In this document: positions 10,158 to 19,423 of the stretch, piece by piece
How positions within the stretch are numbered: position 1 is the stretch's first letter
Layout: the number at the start of each line of letters is the position of its first letter
Source: Clostridiales bacterium
GTDB taxonomy: Bacteria > Bacillota > Clostridia > TANB77 > CAG-508
Assembly: GCA_003525075.1 (NCBI GenBank)
Contig: DQFO01000014.1
Span: 64,032-128,031, forward strand
Reading direction: 5' to 3'
DNA length: 64,000 nt
The notes under the pieces: model-generated
Seen by the model: only the letters and a program-made list of their open reading frames with translations
Told to the model about the DNA's origin: nothing
The model's database searches: none
Made by a program: the position numbers and the translations under genes

Positions 10158-11138
10158 TTAGTATCTGTATTTTAAATATGAAATTATTGGAAAGTGAAAC
10201 AATGCAATTTCTCTTATCATTTTCTTTCCTTGATTTTTTCCTGACAAAATTTTGAAATAGTCTCCTATATTTTTAATATTTATTTTCTTTGTTTTATATA
10301 TTTCATTATAATAATTTATTGCTTTTTGGCAAAATTCTAAATCTATTTTTTTATTTGCATATTGTTCACACATCTTTATTCCACCATCATATGCCCTTTT
10401 TATAGCATCTTCTCTGTATTTTAAGAATGCATCATAACTATTACCATTCTTCTCTTTCCATCTATTCAAATTTTGATTTAAACTTCGTCCTCCAAAAACA
10501 TTTGAATTATGTAATCTATAATCAAATAATTCTTCTTTTATATAGTCTATTCCCTTTCCTTCATTTGCAATAAAAGCTGCTAACCAATCATGTGCAATTA
10601 CTTTAGATTTAAATGGTATCATCTTTTCTTTAACTGATTTAGTTATTATTTGAGAACATCCAATCCCAACACATCTTGATATTGCCAATTTGTCATTCCC
10701 TTTTACTAATGGTACATTTTTATATTTGAAATAGTTGTCTCTTAGCACAATTCCATCTTCATCTATTTGCCTACAATTGCAATAAACCATATCAACATCT
10801 TTGTCTTTTAATAATTTTAGGCTTTTTTCTACTTTATCTTTATGCCAAACATCGTCATGATCTGAAAACATTATATAATTTGCTGTAGATTGTTGTAACA
10901 AAAATTCAAAATTTTTATTATATCCTAAATTTTGAGGTTGCAAAAATAATCTTATTCGATTATCATTTTTTTCATACTCTTCTAGTAATTCCTTTATTTC
11001 ATTTTTATTTGAATTGTCATCACTTATATATATTTTTATATTTTTATATGTTTGTCTTAATATACTTTCAATTTGTTTTTTTAGATATTTTTCATTTGTA
11101 TTATATGTTGTAACTAATATATCTACTACTTCGTCCAT
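10158..11138 (-). CDS. GT2 glycosyltransferase, rhamnosyltransferase-like
   Basis: ILVTTYNTNEKYLKKQIESILRQTYKNIKIYISDDNS. Paralog of 7770-8756. Confidence 0.7.
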   Translation of the reverse strand: MDEVVDILVTTYNTNEKYLKKQIESILRQTYKNIKIYISDDNSNKNEIKELLEEYEKNDNRIRLFLQPQNLGYNKNFEFLLQQSTANYIMFSDHDDVWHKDKVEKSLKLLKDKDVDMVYCNCRQIDEDGIVLRDNYFKYKNVPLVKGNDKLAISRCVGIGCSQIITKSVKEKMIPFKSKVIAHDWLAAFIANEGKGIDYIKEELFDYRLHNSNVFGGRSLNQNLNRWKEKNGNSYDAFLKYREDAIKRAYDGGIKMCEQYANKKIDLEFCQKAINYYNEIYKTKKINIKNIGDYFKILSGKNQGKKMIREIALFHFPIISYLKYRY

Positions 11139-11213
11139 TTTCCGCTCCCTTTTTTTATTTAATTGAATTTTAGCATATCTATTTTATAAAGTCAAATTCA
11201 TTTTACATAAACA

Positions 11214-11242
11214 TTGACATTTTTTTCTAATTATACTATAAT
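11214..11242 (+). promoter_or_regulatory. Consensus sigma-70/sigma-A promoter (TTGACA, 17-nt spacer, TATAAT) driving the GC-rich ORF
   Basis: TTGACA at 11214-11219 and TATAAT at 11237-11242 with exactly 17 nt between. AGGAGG lies 7 nt before the ATG at 11299. Confidence 0.6.
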
Positions 11243-11298
11243 AATAATATAGGCTGATTTGCCTATTATAATTTTGTGGCCTACAAGGAGGGCTAATT

Positions 11299-11607
11299 AT
11301 GAGCATTTTTGAGAATGACGGAAACTACTACGCCAACTATTCTGTCCCTGCAATTTCTTTTTGCAACAGAAAAGCATCATCTGCCGAGTTCCGCAAATAC
11401 CTGGCCGAACATCCTTCTGTACAGGAAGATGTTCCGTCCTCTATTATGGAAGAACTCCAGAAGATGCCCAGCGCCAAACCCGCTGGTGCTGCCTACTATG
11501 CAACCCTGAACACTCAGCTGTTCACCAAGTTCTGCAAAGATGTGGCAACGGCGATGGTAGAGAAGTCTCGCGATCCTCAGTGTGTTATGGTCTTCTCTGG
11601 AAACTAA
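11299..11607 (+). CDS. Hypothetical 102-aa protein encoded in a GC-rich (about 50% GC) cassette of foreign composition
   Basis: Strong ribosome-binding site. Codon usage (ctg, gcc, ccc, cgc) is unlike the 27% GC host. No motif recognised. The product ends ...VMVFSGN and may be a fragment. Confidence 0.55.
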   Translation: MSIFENDGNYYANYSVPAISFCNRKASSAEFRKYLAEHPSVQEDVPSSIMEELQKMPSAKPAGAAYYATLNTQLFTKFCKDVATAMVEKSRDPQCVMVFSGN

Positions 11608-11635
11608 AATAGATTTTATATTTTAGTTTTTCACA

Positions 11636-11675
11636 AAAGCCCGCAGATGAAAAAAATCATCTGCGGGCTTTTTAT
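11636..11675. terminator. Strong GC-rich intrinsic terminator (15-bp perfect stem), bidirectional; also closes convergent recO
   Basis: AAAGCCCGCAGATGA-aaaaaa-TCATCTGCGGGCTTT followed by TTT. Confidence 0.8.
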
Positions 11676-11676
11676 A

Positions 11677-12381
11677 TTATCTTTCTAATTTATCATCAAA
11701 ATATAATTTTGAAACAAGTTTTAATTCATTTAAAGATTCATCTTTTAAAGAAAATGAAAATAATTTTTTTGCTGGAGCCATAACAATATATCTAATCGCT
11801 GATACTGTACTTTCAGATATTGAAATTGCCCCTTTATCTAATCTTCCACAATTTTCACATTTAAAGCCATCATTTTTTAGACTAAAATACTTCAAATTAT
11901 TTTTTTCTTTACAATTTACACATTCCATAATTCTTGGTGTAAAACCAAGAAAGCATAATAATTTTAACTTAAATGTACTTATAACTAAATCTATATTTTT
12001 ATCTGTCTCTGATAAAGTATATAACGTATTTAATAACATTTGTAATATTTTATAACAATTTTCATTTTCATCAGTTACATCTCTTACAATTTTTGTAATC
12101 TCTATTGCATAATTAAGTTTATCTAAATCTGTTCTCAAATTATAAAAAACTTCAATAGTATCACAAGAATTTATATTATATGTATTTGACCCTTTATACA
12201 TCATATACTCTCCAAAACAAAATAACTGTGTTCCAGCTAGCAAGGCGCTTCTCGGACGCCTCGCCCCTTTAGCAACACACGATATCTTGCCTAATCCTGG
12301 AGTTAACATTGTAAGCATTTTGTCATAATCTCCTAAATTGCTTTCAGAGATTATTATCCCACTTGTTTTTATTGTCCCCAT
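11677..12381 (-). CDS. recO: DNA repair protein RecO
   Basis: 234 aa with an N-terminal OB fold. Conserved VAKGARR motif. C-terminal zinc motif (CVNC...CENC). Confidence 0.85.
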   Translation of the reverse strand: MGTIKTSGIIISESNLGDYDKMLTMLTPGLGKISCVAKGARRPRSALLAGTQLFCFGEYMMYKGSNTYNINSCDTIEVFYNLRTDLDKLNYAIEITKIVRDVTDENENCYKILQMLLNTLYTLSETDKNIDLVISTFKLKLLCFLGFTPRIMECVNCKEKNNLKYFSLKNDGFKCENCGRLDKGAISISESTVSAIRYIVMAPAKKLFSFSLKDESLNELKLVSKLYFDDKLER

Positions 12382-12511
12382 ATTTTTCCGCCTTTTGTTC
12401 CATATTATTATTTTGCAATTGTTCTTCTATTCCTTGAAATTGTTTTAATTCTAAAAATGTATTAACATCTCCTGTATTTTTAAATGTGTCCCATGCAATT
12501 TTTTTAATCAT
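12344..12511 (-). CDS. Small YqzL-like protein (55 aa), between era and recO; not present in the supplied ORF track
   Basis: MIKKIAWDTFKNTGDVNTFLELKQFQGIEEQLQNNN... resembles the conserved YqzL small-protein family found at this position in Bacillus. Overlaps the recO start by 38 nt. Confidence 0.4.
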   Translation of the reverse strand: MIKKIAWDTFKNTGDVNTFLELKQFQGIEEQLQNNNMEQKAEKYGDNKNKWDNNL

Positions 12512-12576
12512 AAGCTCACTTCCTTTAACATTATCTTTTGCATTTTATTATTTTTTATTCATATTTGTGACTATTA

Positions 12577-13476
12577 TTATAACTTGAATTTTTTTACAAC
12601 TGATGTATCATCAAGCCAATTTTCTTTAACTTTTACCCATGTTCTTAAATTAACTTTTGTTCCAAAGTTTCTTTCCATGTCAATTCTTGCTGATTGTCCA
12701 ATTCTTTTTAACATCGTTCCATCTTTTCCAATTATTATCCCTTTATGTGATTCTCTTAAACAATATATTGTTGCTTCAATATCATAAAATTCTTCTTTAT
12801 TCTTAGTTTTCTTTAATTTCATTTTTGTTACTTCTACATATATCCCATGTGGAACTTCGTCTTGTAAATACATTAATGCTTTTTCTCTTATTGTCTCTTC
12901 AGCAAGTTGCCTCATTGTCTGATCTGTATATTCTTCAACATCATAATATGCTGGCCCAGGCTTTAATACTTTTTCTATTTCATCTAATATAATATCTCTA
13001 TATTTTGATTTTATTGATGATACAGGAATTACAGCTTCAAAGTTATATTCTTTTTGATATAAATCAATTAATTTTAATAAACTCTCTTTTTTTACTAAAT
13101 CTATTTTATTAATAATTAATATTGCCTTTTTCTTAGATTCTTTAATCTTCTCTAAGATTCTCATATCTCCTCTTCCAATTTCATCACTTGTAGCTTCTAT
13201 AACAAATAATATTAAATCAATATCTTTTATTACTCCAAATGATGTTTCAATCATTGTTTCATTTAATTTTGTCTTTGGTTTATGAATTCCAGGAGTATCT
13301 ATAAATATGATTTGAGAATTTTCTCTATTTACAATACCTCTTATTGCAGTTCTTGTTGTTTGAACTTTATTTGCTGTTGCAGCTACTTTTTCTCCAACTA
13401 AGAGATTTACTAAAGTTGACTTTCCTACATTCGTTCTTCCTAGCATTGCTACAAATCCTGATTTAAATTCTGACAT
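12577..13476 (-). CDS. era: GTPase Era
   Basis: G1 motif GRTNVGKST, G3 motif DTPG, NKID, and a C-terminal KH domain. Confidence 0.9.
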   Translation of the reverse strand: MSEFKSGFVAMLGRTNVGKSTLVNLLVGEKVAATANKVQTTRTAIRGIVNRENSQIIFIDTPGIHKPKTKLNETMIETSFGVIKDIDLILFVIEATSDEIGRGDMRILEKIKESKKKAILIINKIDLVKKESLLKLIDLYQKEYNFEAVIPVSSIKSKYRDIILDEIEKVLKPGPAYYDVEEYTDQTMRQLAEETIREKALMYLQDEVPHGIYVEVTKMKLKKTKNKEEFYDIEATIYCLRESHKGIIIGKDGTMLKRIGQSARIDMERNFGTKVNLRTWVKVKENWLDDTSVVKKFKL

Positions 13477-15773
13477 TATTCTTCCTCCATTTGTTTAACT
13501 GAATACTCTAAAACATTAATATTTTTTACAATTAATTTTGCTCCAATTTCCTCATCGTCTAATTTTCCTATTCTTATAACTTTTTTTGATTCTAATTTTA
13601 TGTCCATATCACTTAACTTAGCTATAATTCTAGTATCATTATCCATTCCAATTGGTAATGTTTTATTTTGGTTATCATAATATATACAATTAGAAAATGC
13701 TATAACATTTGAACCTTTTTCTAATTTTATTTTATATAAATTAATCTTACTATTTTCTGATTTTTCTGTTGCTTTTTTTACTTCATCTTCAGCATTTAAA
13801 TTAAATACATTTATTTTATTTGCATCAATACTTTCTCCATCTTCAGTCCACATATATGCAATAATGTCTTGACTTGTAGTTACTTTAGTAATTGCTTCAT
13901 TTATTCTCCAAATAACTTGACTAAGATTTACTTTATAATCAACAACTTTATATTGTTTTGCTAAACCTAATATTAGAAATTTATTTTTTGGATTTTCTCT
14001 ATGGGATTTATTATCTAATTTTTTTATTTTTCTCGTATCTTCTTCCAATCCTCCAAAAATATCAACTTCATCATCTAATCTTCCTTTTTGTTCCTTATAT
14101 TCAGCTTTCAATATTTTTAAATACTTATCCAATTCTTTAGGTTCTAATGAATTTGTCTTTAATTTATTTATTGGCTCTATTTGTTCTGTTGCTACCAAAA
14201 ATATAGAATCTAACTCTTCTTTATTTAATTTATTTCTTTGAACTTTATCCATCATAATGCCAAATTCTTCAAAATCTTCTTCAAACTCAAAAGTTTTGGT
14301 ATGTGGTTTTACATTTACAACTTCTTCTTCACCTTCTGCTAAAGACTTTACTTCATCTTTATTACTGTATTTCCAAAATTCAAATATACTCTTTTTATGA
14401 CTATCTATTTCAGCTATAAAAGCTGATGCATTTTCTATCTTTTTTGTTAAATTAACTTTCTTTAATTTTATTGCATTTATATCCATTTTTGTATTGTTAA
14501 ATTCTTTTTCTTTTTCTGCAGTCTCTTTTCCTTTTTCTAACAAATCGTCTAATGTATATTGTTTTTTTATTTTTTCTTCTTCATCTACTTCAGCTACTTC
14601 TTGTATTGTGTTATTTTCTTTTACTTCTGCTTCTTTTTTTGCTTCTTTCTTTTTCTTCTTTCCACTATATTTAAAGAAATATTTAACTTTTCCAAAAAAT
14701 GTTTTTTTACATTCTAAAAATGTTGAAATTTGTTTTTCTTTTTCTATATAATCTGCTTCAAGTTTTTCTGTTTCTTTTTTTAAAATTTCTAATTTATTTT
14801 TATATTCTATATTATTTTTTATATTTTCTTCTTCTATATCAATTAATTTTTTATATTGACTATTAATAAAGTCTGGTAGATCATCATATTTTAAAATTTC
14901 ATCTTGATAATAAAATTCTAGTTCTCCCTGTTTGTCTATTTGAACTTCAAATTTATAATACTCCGGAATTTCTGTTTGGAGTATATATAATGCTTTTACA
15001 AGTTTAAAAAATTTACTTGCATCTATTTTTCCGGTAAGTTTTACTTTGTATTCTGATTTTATTGTTCCTAAAACTTGAGTTTGTCCAATTATTTGTAATG
15101 ACACTTTCCCTGTTTTATCATAAACTTCATATATTGATGGCCAATCATTTGTAAATGTCCATAAATAATTTTCCAAGCTTTCAATTTCTGTTTTATTTAA
15201 TATTTCCTTTGAATAATCTATATTACTTATAGGAACAAATATCTTTCCAGCTTTCTTTTTTTCTAATTGTTTTTTTAATACATAAAAAAATGTTGAATAG
15301 TCTTTATCTTCAGTTGTTACTATCATAAAATATTTTTCATCATTTTCTGAATAATATATTTGCCATAAATAATTTTTTGGATATCTTATTTTGAAAGGAA
15401 TTTTTTTATTTAAATTTTGTTGTTGTTCTTCAATTTCTTTTATCTCATCTATATCAACTTCACTTAACATTCTTAAAAATTCTTCATGTAGTTGCTTTTC
15501 TTCTTCTGTTTTGGGATCTAAATATGAAACTAATGGTTTGGCCATAGAATATTTTGTTTTAGTATCTTCTAATCTATTACATGGTGATACCAATATTTCT
15601 AATTCTTTTGGTGATACAAATCTATATTGTTTATACTTATTTTCTTCAATTCCTGTATTAGGTCTAAAATTTATATTTTCAACATATTTTAATGTTTCAG
15701 GTATTTGTTCTAAATCTAAGCATATATATTCTAATTTTTCTGCTATTTCTTGTGCTATTTTTTTCTTTTCCAA
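13476..15773 (-). CDS. Large (765 aa) Lys/Glu-rich hypothetical protein
   Basis: Long ORF in the same orientation as era and abutting it. Low-complexity charged stretches (KKKKKEAKKEAEVKENN). No recognisable catalytic motif. Confidence 0.55.
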   Translation of the reverse strand: MEKKKIAQEIAEKLEYICLDLEQIPETLKYVENINFRPNTGIEENKYKQYRFVSPKELEILVSPCNRLEDTKTKYSMAKPLVSYLDPKTEEEKQLHEEFLRMLSEVDIDEIKEIEEQQQNLNKKIPFKIRYPKNYLWQIYYSENDEKYFMIVTTEDKDYSTFFYVLKKQLEKKKAGKIFVPISNIDYSKEILNKTEIESLENYLWTFTNDWPSIYEVYDKTGKVSLQIIGQTQVLGTIKSEYKVKLTGKIDASKFFKLVKALYILQTEIPEYYKFEVQIDKQGELEFYYQDEILKYDDLPDFINSQYKKLIDIEEENIKNNIEYKNKLEILKKETEKLEADYIEKEKQISTFLECKKTFFGKVKYFFKYSGKKKKKEAKKEAEVKENNTIQEVAEVDEEEKIKKQYTLDDLLEKGKETAEKEKEFNNTKMDINAIKLKKVNLTKKIENASAFIAEIDSHKKSIFEFWKYSNKDEVKSLAEGEEEVVNVKPHTKTFEFEEDFEEFGIMMDKVQRNKLNKEELDSIFLVATEQIEPINKLKTNSLEPKELDKYLKILKAEYKEQKGRLDDEVDIFGGLEEDTRKIKKLDNKSHRENPKNKFLILGLAKQYKVVDYKVNLSQVIWRINEAITKVTTSQDIIAYMWTEDGESIDANKINVFNLNAEDEVKKATEKSENSKINLYKIKLEKGSNVIAFSNCIYYDNQNKTLPIGMDNDTRIIAKLSDMDIKLESKKVIRIGKLDDEEIGAKLIVKNINVLEYSVKQMEEE

Positions 15774-15839
15774 AACTAGATTTTCCTTTCTCTTTATTTC
15801 TTTTTTATTTTACTATTATTTACTGAAAATATCAATATT

Positions 15840-16820
15840 TTAATTTTTATTTTCCATAAAAAATTTTTTTACTTTATCTATAAGTTCATCTGCATTTGTT
15901 ATATGATTTACTTCATCTCTAAATTTTGAAGCTTCTGGCATATTTTTTGTGTATGCTGATATGTTTTTTCTCATTTCATTAATTCCAACAATCTCTCCCT
16001 TTTCTTTTATATTTAATTCTATATGTTGTTTAATAATTTCATATTTTTCTTTATTATCAGGTCTGGGCATTTTATTATTATTTTCTATAAAGTATTTTAT
16101 TTGTTCAAATATCCAAGGATTTCCCATTGCTCCTCTTCCTATCATTATCCCATCAACACCTGTATATTCAAACATTTTTAATGCTGATTCTTCATCAACT
16201 ATGTCTCCATTTCCTATTACTGGTATTTTTACTGATTCTTTAACTTTCTTTATAATATCTAAATCTGCTTTTCCGGAATAATATTCTTCTCTTGTTCTTC
16301 CATGTATTGTTATTGCTGAAACCCCACATTTTTCAGCAATTTTAGCTAATTCACATGCAACAATATTTTCATTATTCCATCCTTTTCTAAATTTTAAAGT
16401 CACTGGTTTGGTTGAATTTTTTACTACTGATCTTATTATTTCTTCAGCTTTGTCTATATCTAATAATAATTTACTACCATCACCATTTTTTACAACTTTT
16501 GGGGCTGGACATCCCATATTTATATCTACTATATCTGCTATTTTACTTACATATTGTGCTGCAAATCCCATAGTTTCAGGATCACTTCCAAATATTTGCA
16601 TGCTTACTGGAACATTTTCTCCTGTTCTATTTAATAATTGTTTTGTTTTTTCGTCTCCAAAAAACAAGGCTTTTGAACTTACCATTTCTGTACAAACTAA
16701 ACCAGGTTTGAATTTTTCTGTAATTATTCTAAAAGGCAGGTCTGTTACACCTGCCATTGGAGCTAATATTAAGTTATTTTCTAATTCTAAATTTCCAATC
16801 TTTAATTTTTTTAAATACAT
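15840..16820 (-). CDS. dus: tRNA-dihydrouridine synthase
   Basis: LAPMAGVTDLPFR motif; TIM-barrel FMN-binding (GNGDI). Confidence 0.85.
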   Translation of the reverse strand: MYLKKLKIGNLELENNLILAPMAGVTDLPFRIITEKFKPGLVCTEMVSSKALFFGDEKTKQLLNRTGENVPVSMQIFGSDPETMGFAAQYVSKIADIVDINMGCPAPKVVKNGDGSKLLLDIDKAEEIIRSVVKNSTKPVTLKFRKGWNNENIVACELAKIAEKCGVSAITIHGRTREEYYSGKADLDIIKKVKESVKIPVIGNGDIVDEESALKMFEYTGVDGIMIGRGAMGNPWIFEQIKYFIENNNKMPRPDNKEKYEIIKQHIELNIKEKGEIVGINEMRKNISAYTKNMPEASKFRDEVNHITNADELIDKVKKFFMENKN

Positions 16821-16829
16821 CTTTTACTC

Positions 16830-17945
16830 CTATTTGTTAAACAATCCATTTCGTCTTTGACTACTAATATTTAATAAAATTCCAATTGCAACAAAACTTG
16901 TCATCATAGAACTTCCACCATAACTTACAAATAATAATGGAACTCCTGTTATTGGTAATACTCCCATTGTCATACCAATATTTTCTAAAGTATGAAATAA
17001 AAATATTCCAGCAATTCCAATTGCAACATATGCTCCTGCTTCATCTTTTATCCCTTTTGCAATCTGAACTGCTTTTACAATAATCAATATATTCAGTAAT
17101 ATTACTGAGCATGCAATTATAAAGCCCATTTCTTCTCCGACTACTGCAAAAATAAAATCTGTTGTTTTAGGATATAAATATCCTAATTGTGTTTGATTTC
17201 CTTTTAATACTCCCATTCCAGTAATTTGTCCAGAGCCTATTGCTAATTTAGATTGTAAAATATTATATCCAGATCCTGTTGGATCTGATTCTGGATTTAA
17301 AAATGTGTCAATTCTATCTTTTGCATGTTTTGGTAAAATAAAATTATATGTTATAGGTGTTGCTATAGCTATTATCAAAATTGATACAATAATGTATTTT
17401 TTATCAATTCCAGCTACAAAAATCATTAGTAAAAATGACACAATATATGCTGCTGCTGTTCCATAATCTGGTTCTACAATTATAAGTACTAAAGGAATTG
17501 CTATTGCTAATAATATTAATGCTAACTTGCTAATTCTATTTATTTCATCTCTTCCATTTCTTATCTGAATAAAAGAAATAACGTATGACATAAATAAAAT
17601 TATAAATATTTTTGATATTTCAGCTGGTTGAAATGAAAATAAATCATCTCCTATTACAAACCAACTCCTTGCACCATTTATTGGTTTGGTAAATAGTACT
17701 GCAATTAACATTATTATTGAAATTCCATAAAAAATCGGTGACACTTTAACTAAAATTTTATAATCTATTAACATAACAATTAGCATAAGTACAAAACTTA
17801 TGCCAATCCAAATTGCTTGTTTCTTAAATTCTTCTAAATTTGTATCATATGAAGCTGAATATAATGCAACTAGTCCAATTACACATAATATTATTGCCGC
17901 TATTGGAATCAGCCATTCTATCTTTCTTAATCTTCTTATATCCAT
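16830..17945 (-). CDS. rodA: SEDS-family peptidoglycan polymerase (RodA/FtsW); downstream of minDE as in Clostridia
   Basis: 371 aa with about 10 transmembrane helices and typical SEDS motifs. Position after minE. Confidence 0.7.
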   Translation of the reverse strand: MDIRRLRKIEWLIPIAAIILCVIGLVALYSASYDTNLEEFKKQAIWIGISFVLMLIVMLIDYKILVKVSPIFYGISIIMLIAVLFTKPINGARSWFVIGDDLFSFQPAEISKIFIILFMSYVISFIQIRNGRDEINRISKLALILLAIAIPLVLIIVEPDYGTAAAYIVSFLLMIFVAGIDKKYIIVSILIIAIATPITYNFILPKHAKDRIDTFLNPESDPTGSGYNILQSKLAIGSGQITGMGVLKGNQTQLGYLYPKTTDFIFAVVGEEMGFIIACSVILLNILIIVKAVQIAKGIKDEAGAYVAIGIAGIFLFHTLENIGMTMGVLPITGVPLLFVSYGGSSMMTSFVAIGILLNISSQRRNGLFNK

Positions 17946-17962
17946 TAAATCACTCTTTATTC

Positions 17963-18499
17963 TTAATTTTTATGTTTTTTTTGTTTTTTCTTAAAATTAT
18001 TATTTGATTTATAATTGTTTGAATTGTTATTTTGTTCGTTTTCGTTCTTTTCCTCTATTGTTTTTGTATTTTCTTCTATTATTGTGATTTCTTCTTTTTC
18101 TTGATTATCTTCTAATAAAGTTTCTTTTTTTTCTTCATTATCATTTATAAAGTTTTCTTTTTTTTCTTCGTCTTTTGTTTTTACTTTTGCTGTTTGTCTT
18201 ACTTCATCTTTTATATTTAAAATTGGTATATTAGCATATAATGCTGGTGCACCATTTGTTCCATCCCCATTATCTTTATTGGTTAGTTTTACATCTATTG
18301 CGCTTTCATCTATCTCTATGTATTTTTTTATTACGTCTATTATTTCTTGTTTCATCAAATCTAAAAAGTCTGCGGATACATTTGCTCTATCTTGCATTAA
18401 TACTAGATGTAGTCTTTCTTTTGCTGCATCTTTAGATTTTAATGTTTGATCTTCTTTTTTTGTTACTTTTCTTACTAATTTCATTATGCTTTCAAACAT
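17963..18499 (-). CDS. minE: Cell division topological specificity factor MinE, with an unusually long Lys/Glu/Asn-rich C-terminal extension
   Basis: N-terminus AKERLHLVLMQDRANVS matches the MinE consensus. Total length is 178 aa against about 90 aa for a typical MinE. Confidence 0.7.
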   Translation of the reverse strand: MFESIMKLVRKVTKKEDQTLKSKDAAKERLHLVLMQDRANVSADFLDLMKQEIIDVIKKYIEIDESAIDVKLTNKDNGDGTNGAPALYANIPILNIKDEVRQTAKVKTKDEEKKENFINDNEEKKETLLEDNQEKEEITIIEENTKTIEEKNENEQNNNSNNYKSNNNFKKKQKKHKN

Positions 18500-18520
18500 T
18501 ATCCTTTCTCCTTTATTGTT

Positions 18521-19312
18521 TTATTTTTTAAATATGCTTTTTATTCTTGAAAAGAAACCTTTTTCTCTTCCAGGTATTGTTACTTCTATGTTTTCCCCAA
18601 GAACTCTTTTTGCAATTTCTAAATATGCTTTTCCTGATGGTGCTTTTCTGTTCTGAATTACTGGCTCACCTTTATTTGTTTGTGTTATTATATATTCATC
18701 ATCTGGAACTACACCTATTAAATCAATAGACAATAAATCAACAATATCATCGACATCCATCATTTCACCTTTTCTTACCATATTAGGTCTAATTCTATTT
18801 ATTACTAGTTCTGGATTTTTTATTTCTGCTGATTCTAATAATCCTATGATTCTATCAGCATCTCTTATTGATGATATTTCTGCCGTTGTTACTACTATTG
18901 CTCTATTTGCTCCTGCAATTGCATTTTTAAAACCTTGTTCAATTCCTGCAGGACAATCTACAAGTATATAATCAAATTCTTCTTTTAATTTATTTGTTAA
19001 TTCTATCATTTGTTCTTCATTTACTGCACTTTTATCTCTTGTTTGTGCTGCAGGCAATAAATATAATTCTTTAAATCTTTTATCTTTTATTAATGCTTGT
19101 CTTAGTTTACATTTTCCTTCAACAACATCTACTATATCATATACTATTCTATTTTCTAGCCCCATTACAACATCTAAGTTTCTTAAACCAATATCTGTAT
19201 CTATTAATGCTACTTTTTTTCCTTCTAATGCTAAACTTGATCCTAGATTTGCTGTTGTTGTTGTTTTACCTACTCCACCTTTTCCTGATGTTATTACTAT
19301 AACTTCTCCCAT
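18521..19312 (-). CDS. minD: Septum site-determining ATPase MinD
   Basis: Deviant Walker A (SGKGGVGKTT). 263 aa. Confidence 0.9.
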   Translation of the reverse strand: MGEVIVITSGKGGVGKTTTTANLGSSLALEGKKVALIDTDIGLRNLDVVMGLENRIVYDIVDVVEGKCKLRQALIKDKRFKELYLLPAAQTRDKSAVNEEQMIELTNKLKEEFDYILVDCPAGIEQGFKNAIAGANRAIVVTTAEISSIRDADRIIGLLESAEIKNPELVINRIRPNMVRKGEMMDVDDIVDLLSIDLIGVVPDDEYIITQTNKGEPVIQNRKAPSGKAYLEIAKRVLGENIEVTIPGREKGFFSRIKSIFKK

Positions 19313-19397
19313 ATTTTTCCTCCTTAGGATTTTTGTTTATAGGTTTTCTTCTTTTTTACTTGTCCTAAATTTATGCTTATATCATACACTCAAATCG

Positions 19398-19423
19398 TAA
19401 AAAAGTCAATAATAATATTGACT
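19398..19423 (-). terminator. Intrinsic terminator after the amidase gene
   Basis: Stem AGTCAATA / TATTGACT with a 4-nt loop, followed on the minus strand by TTTTTT. Flanked by direct repeats AATCGTAAAAA. Confidence 0.5.

Noticed and set aside
12236-12305. Short GC-rich patch inside recO
   Set aside because: It encodes the conserved RecO motif VAKGARRPRSALLAG (Ala/Arg/Gly/Pro codons) in frame. It is a local codon effect, not an insertion.
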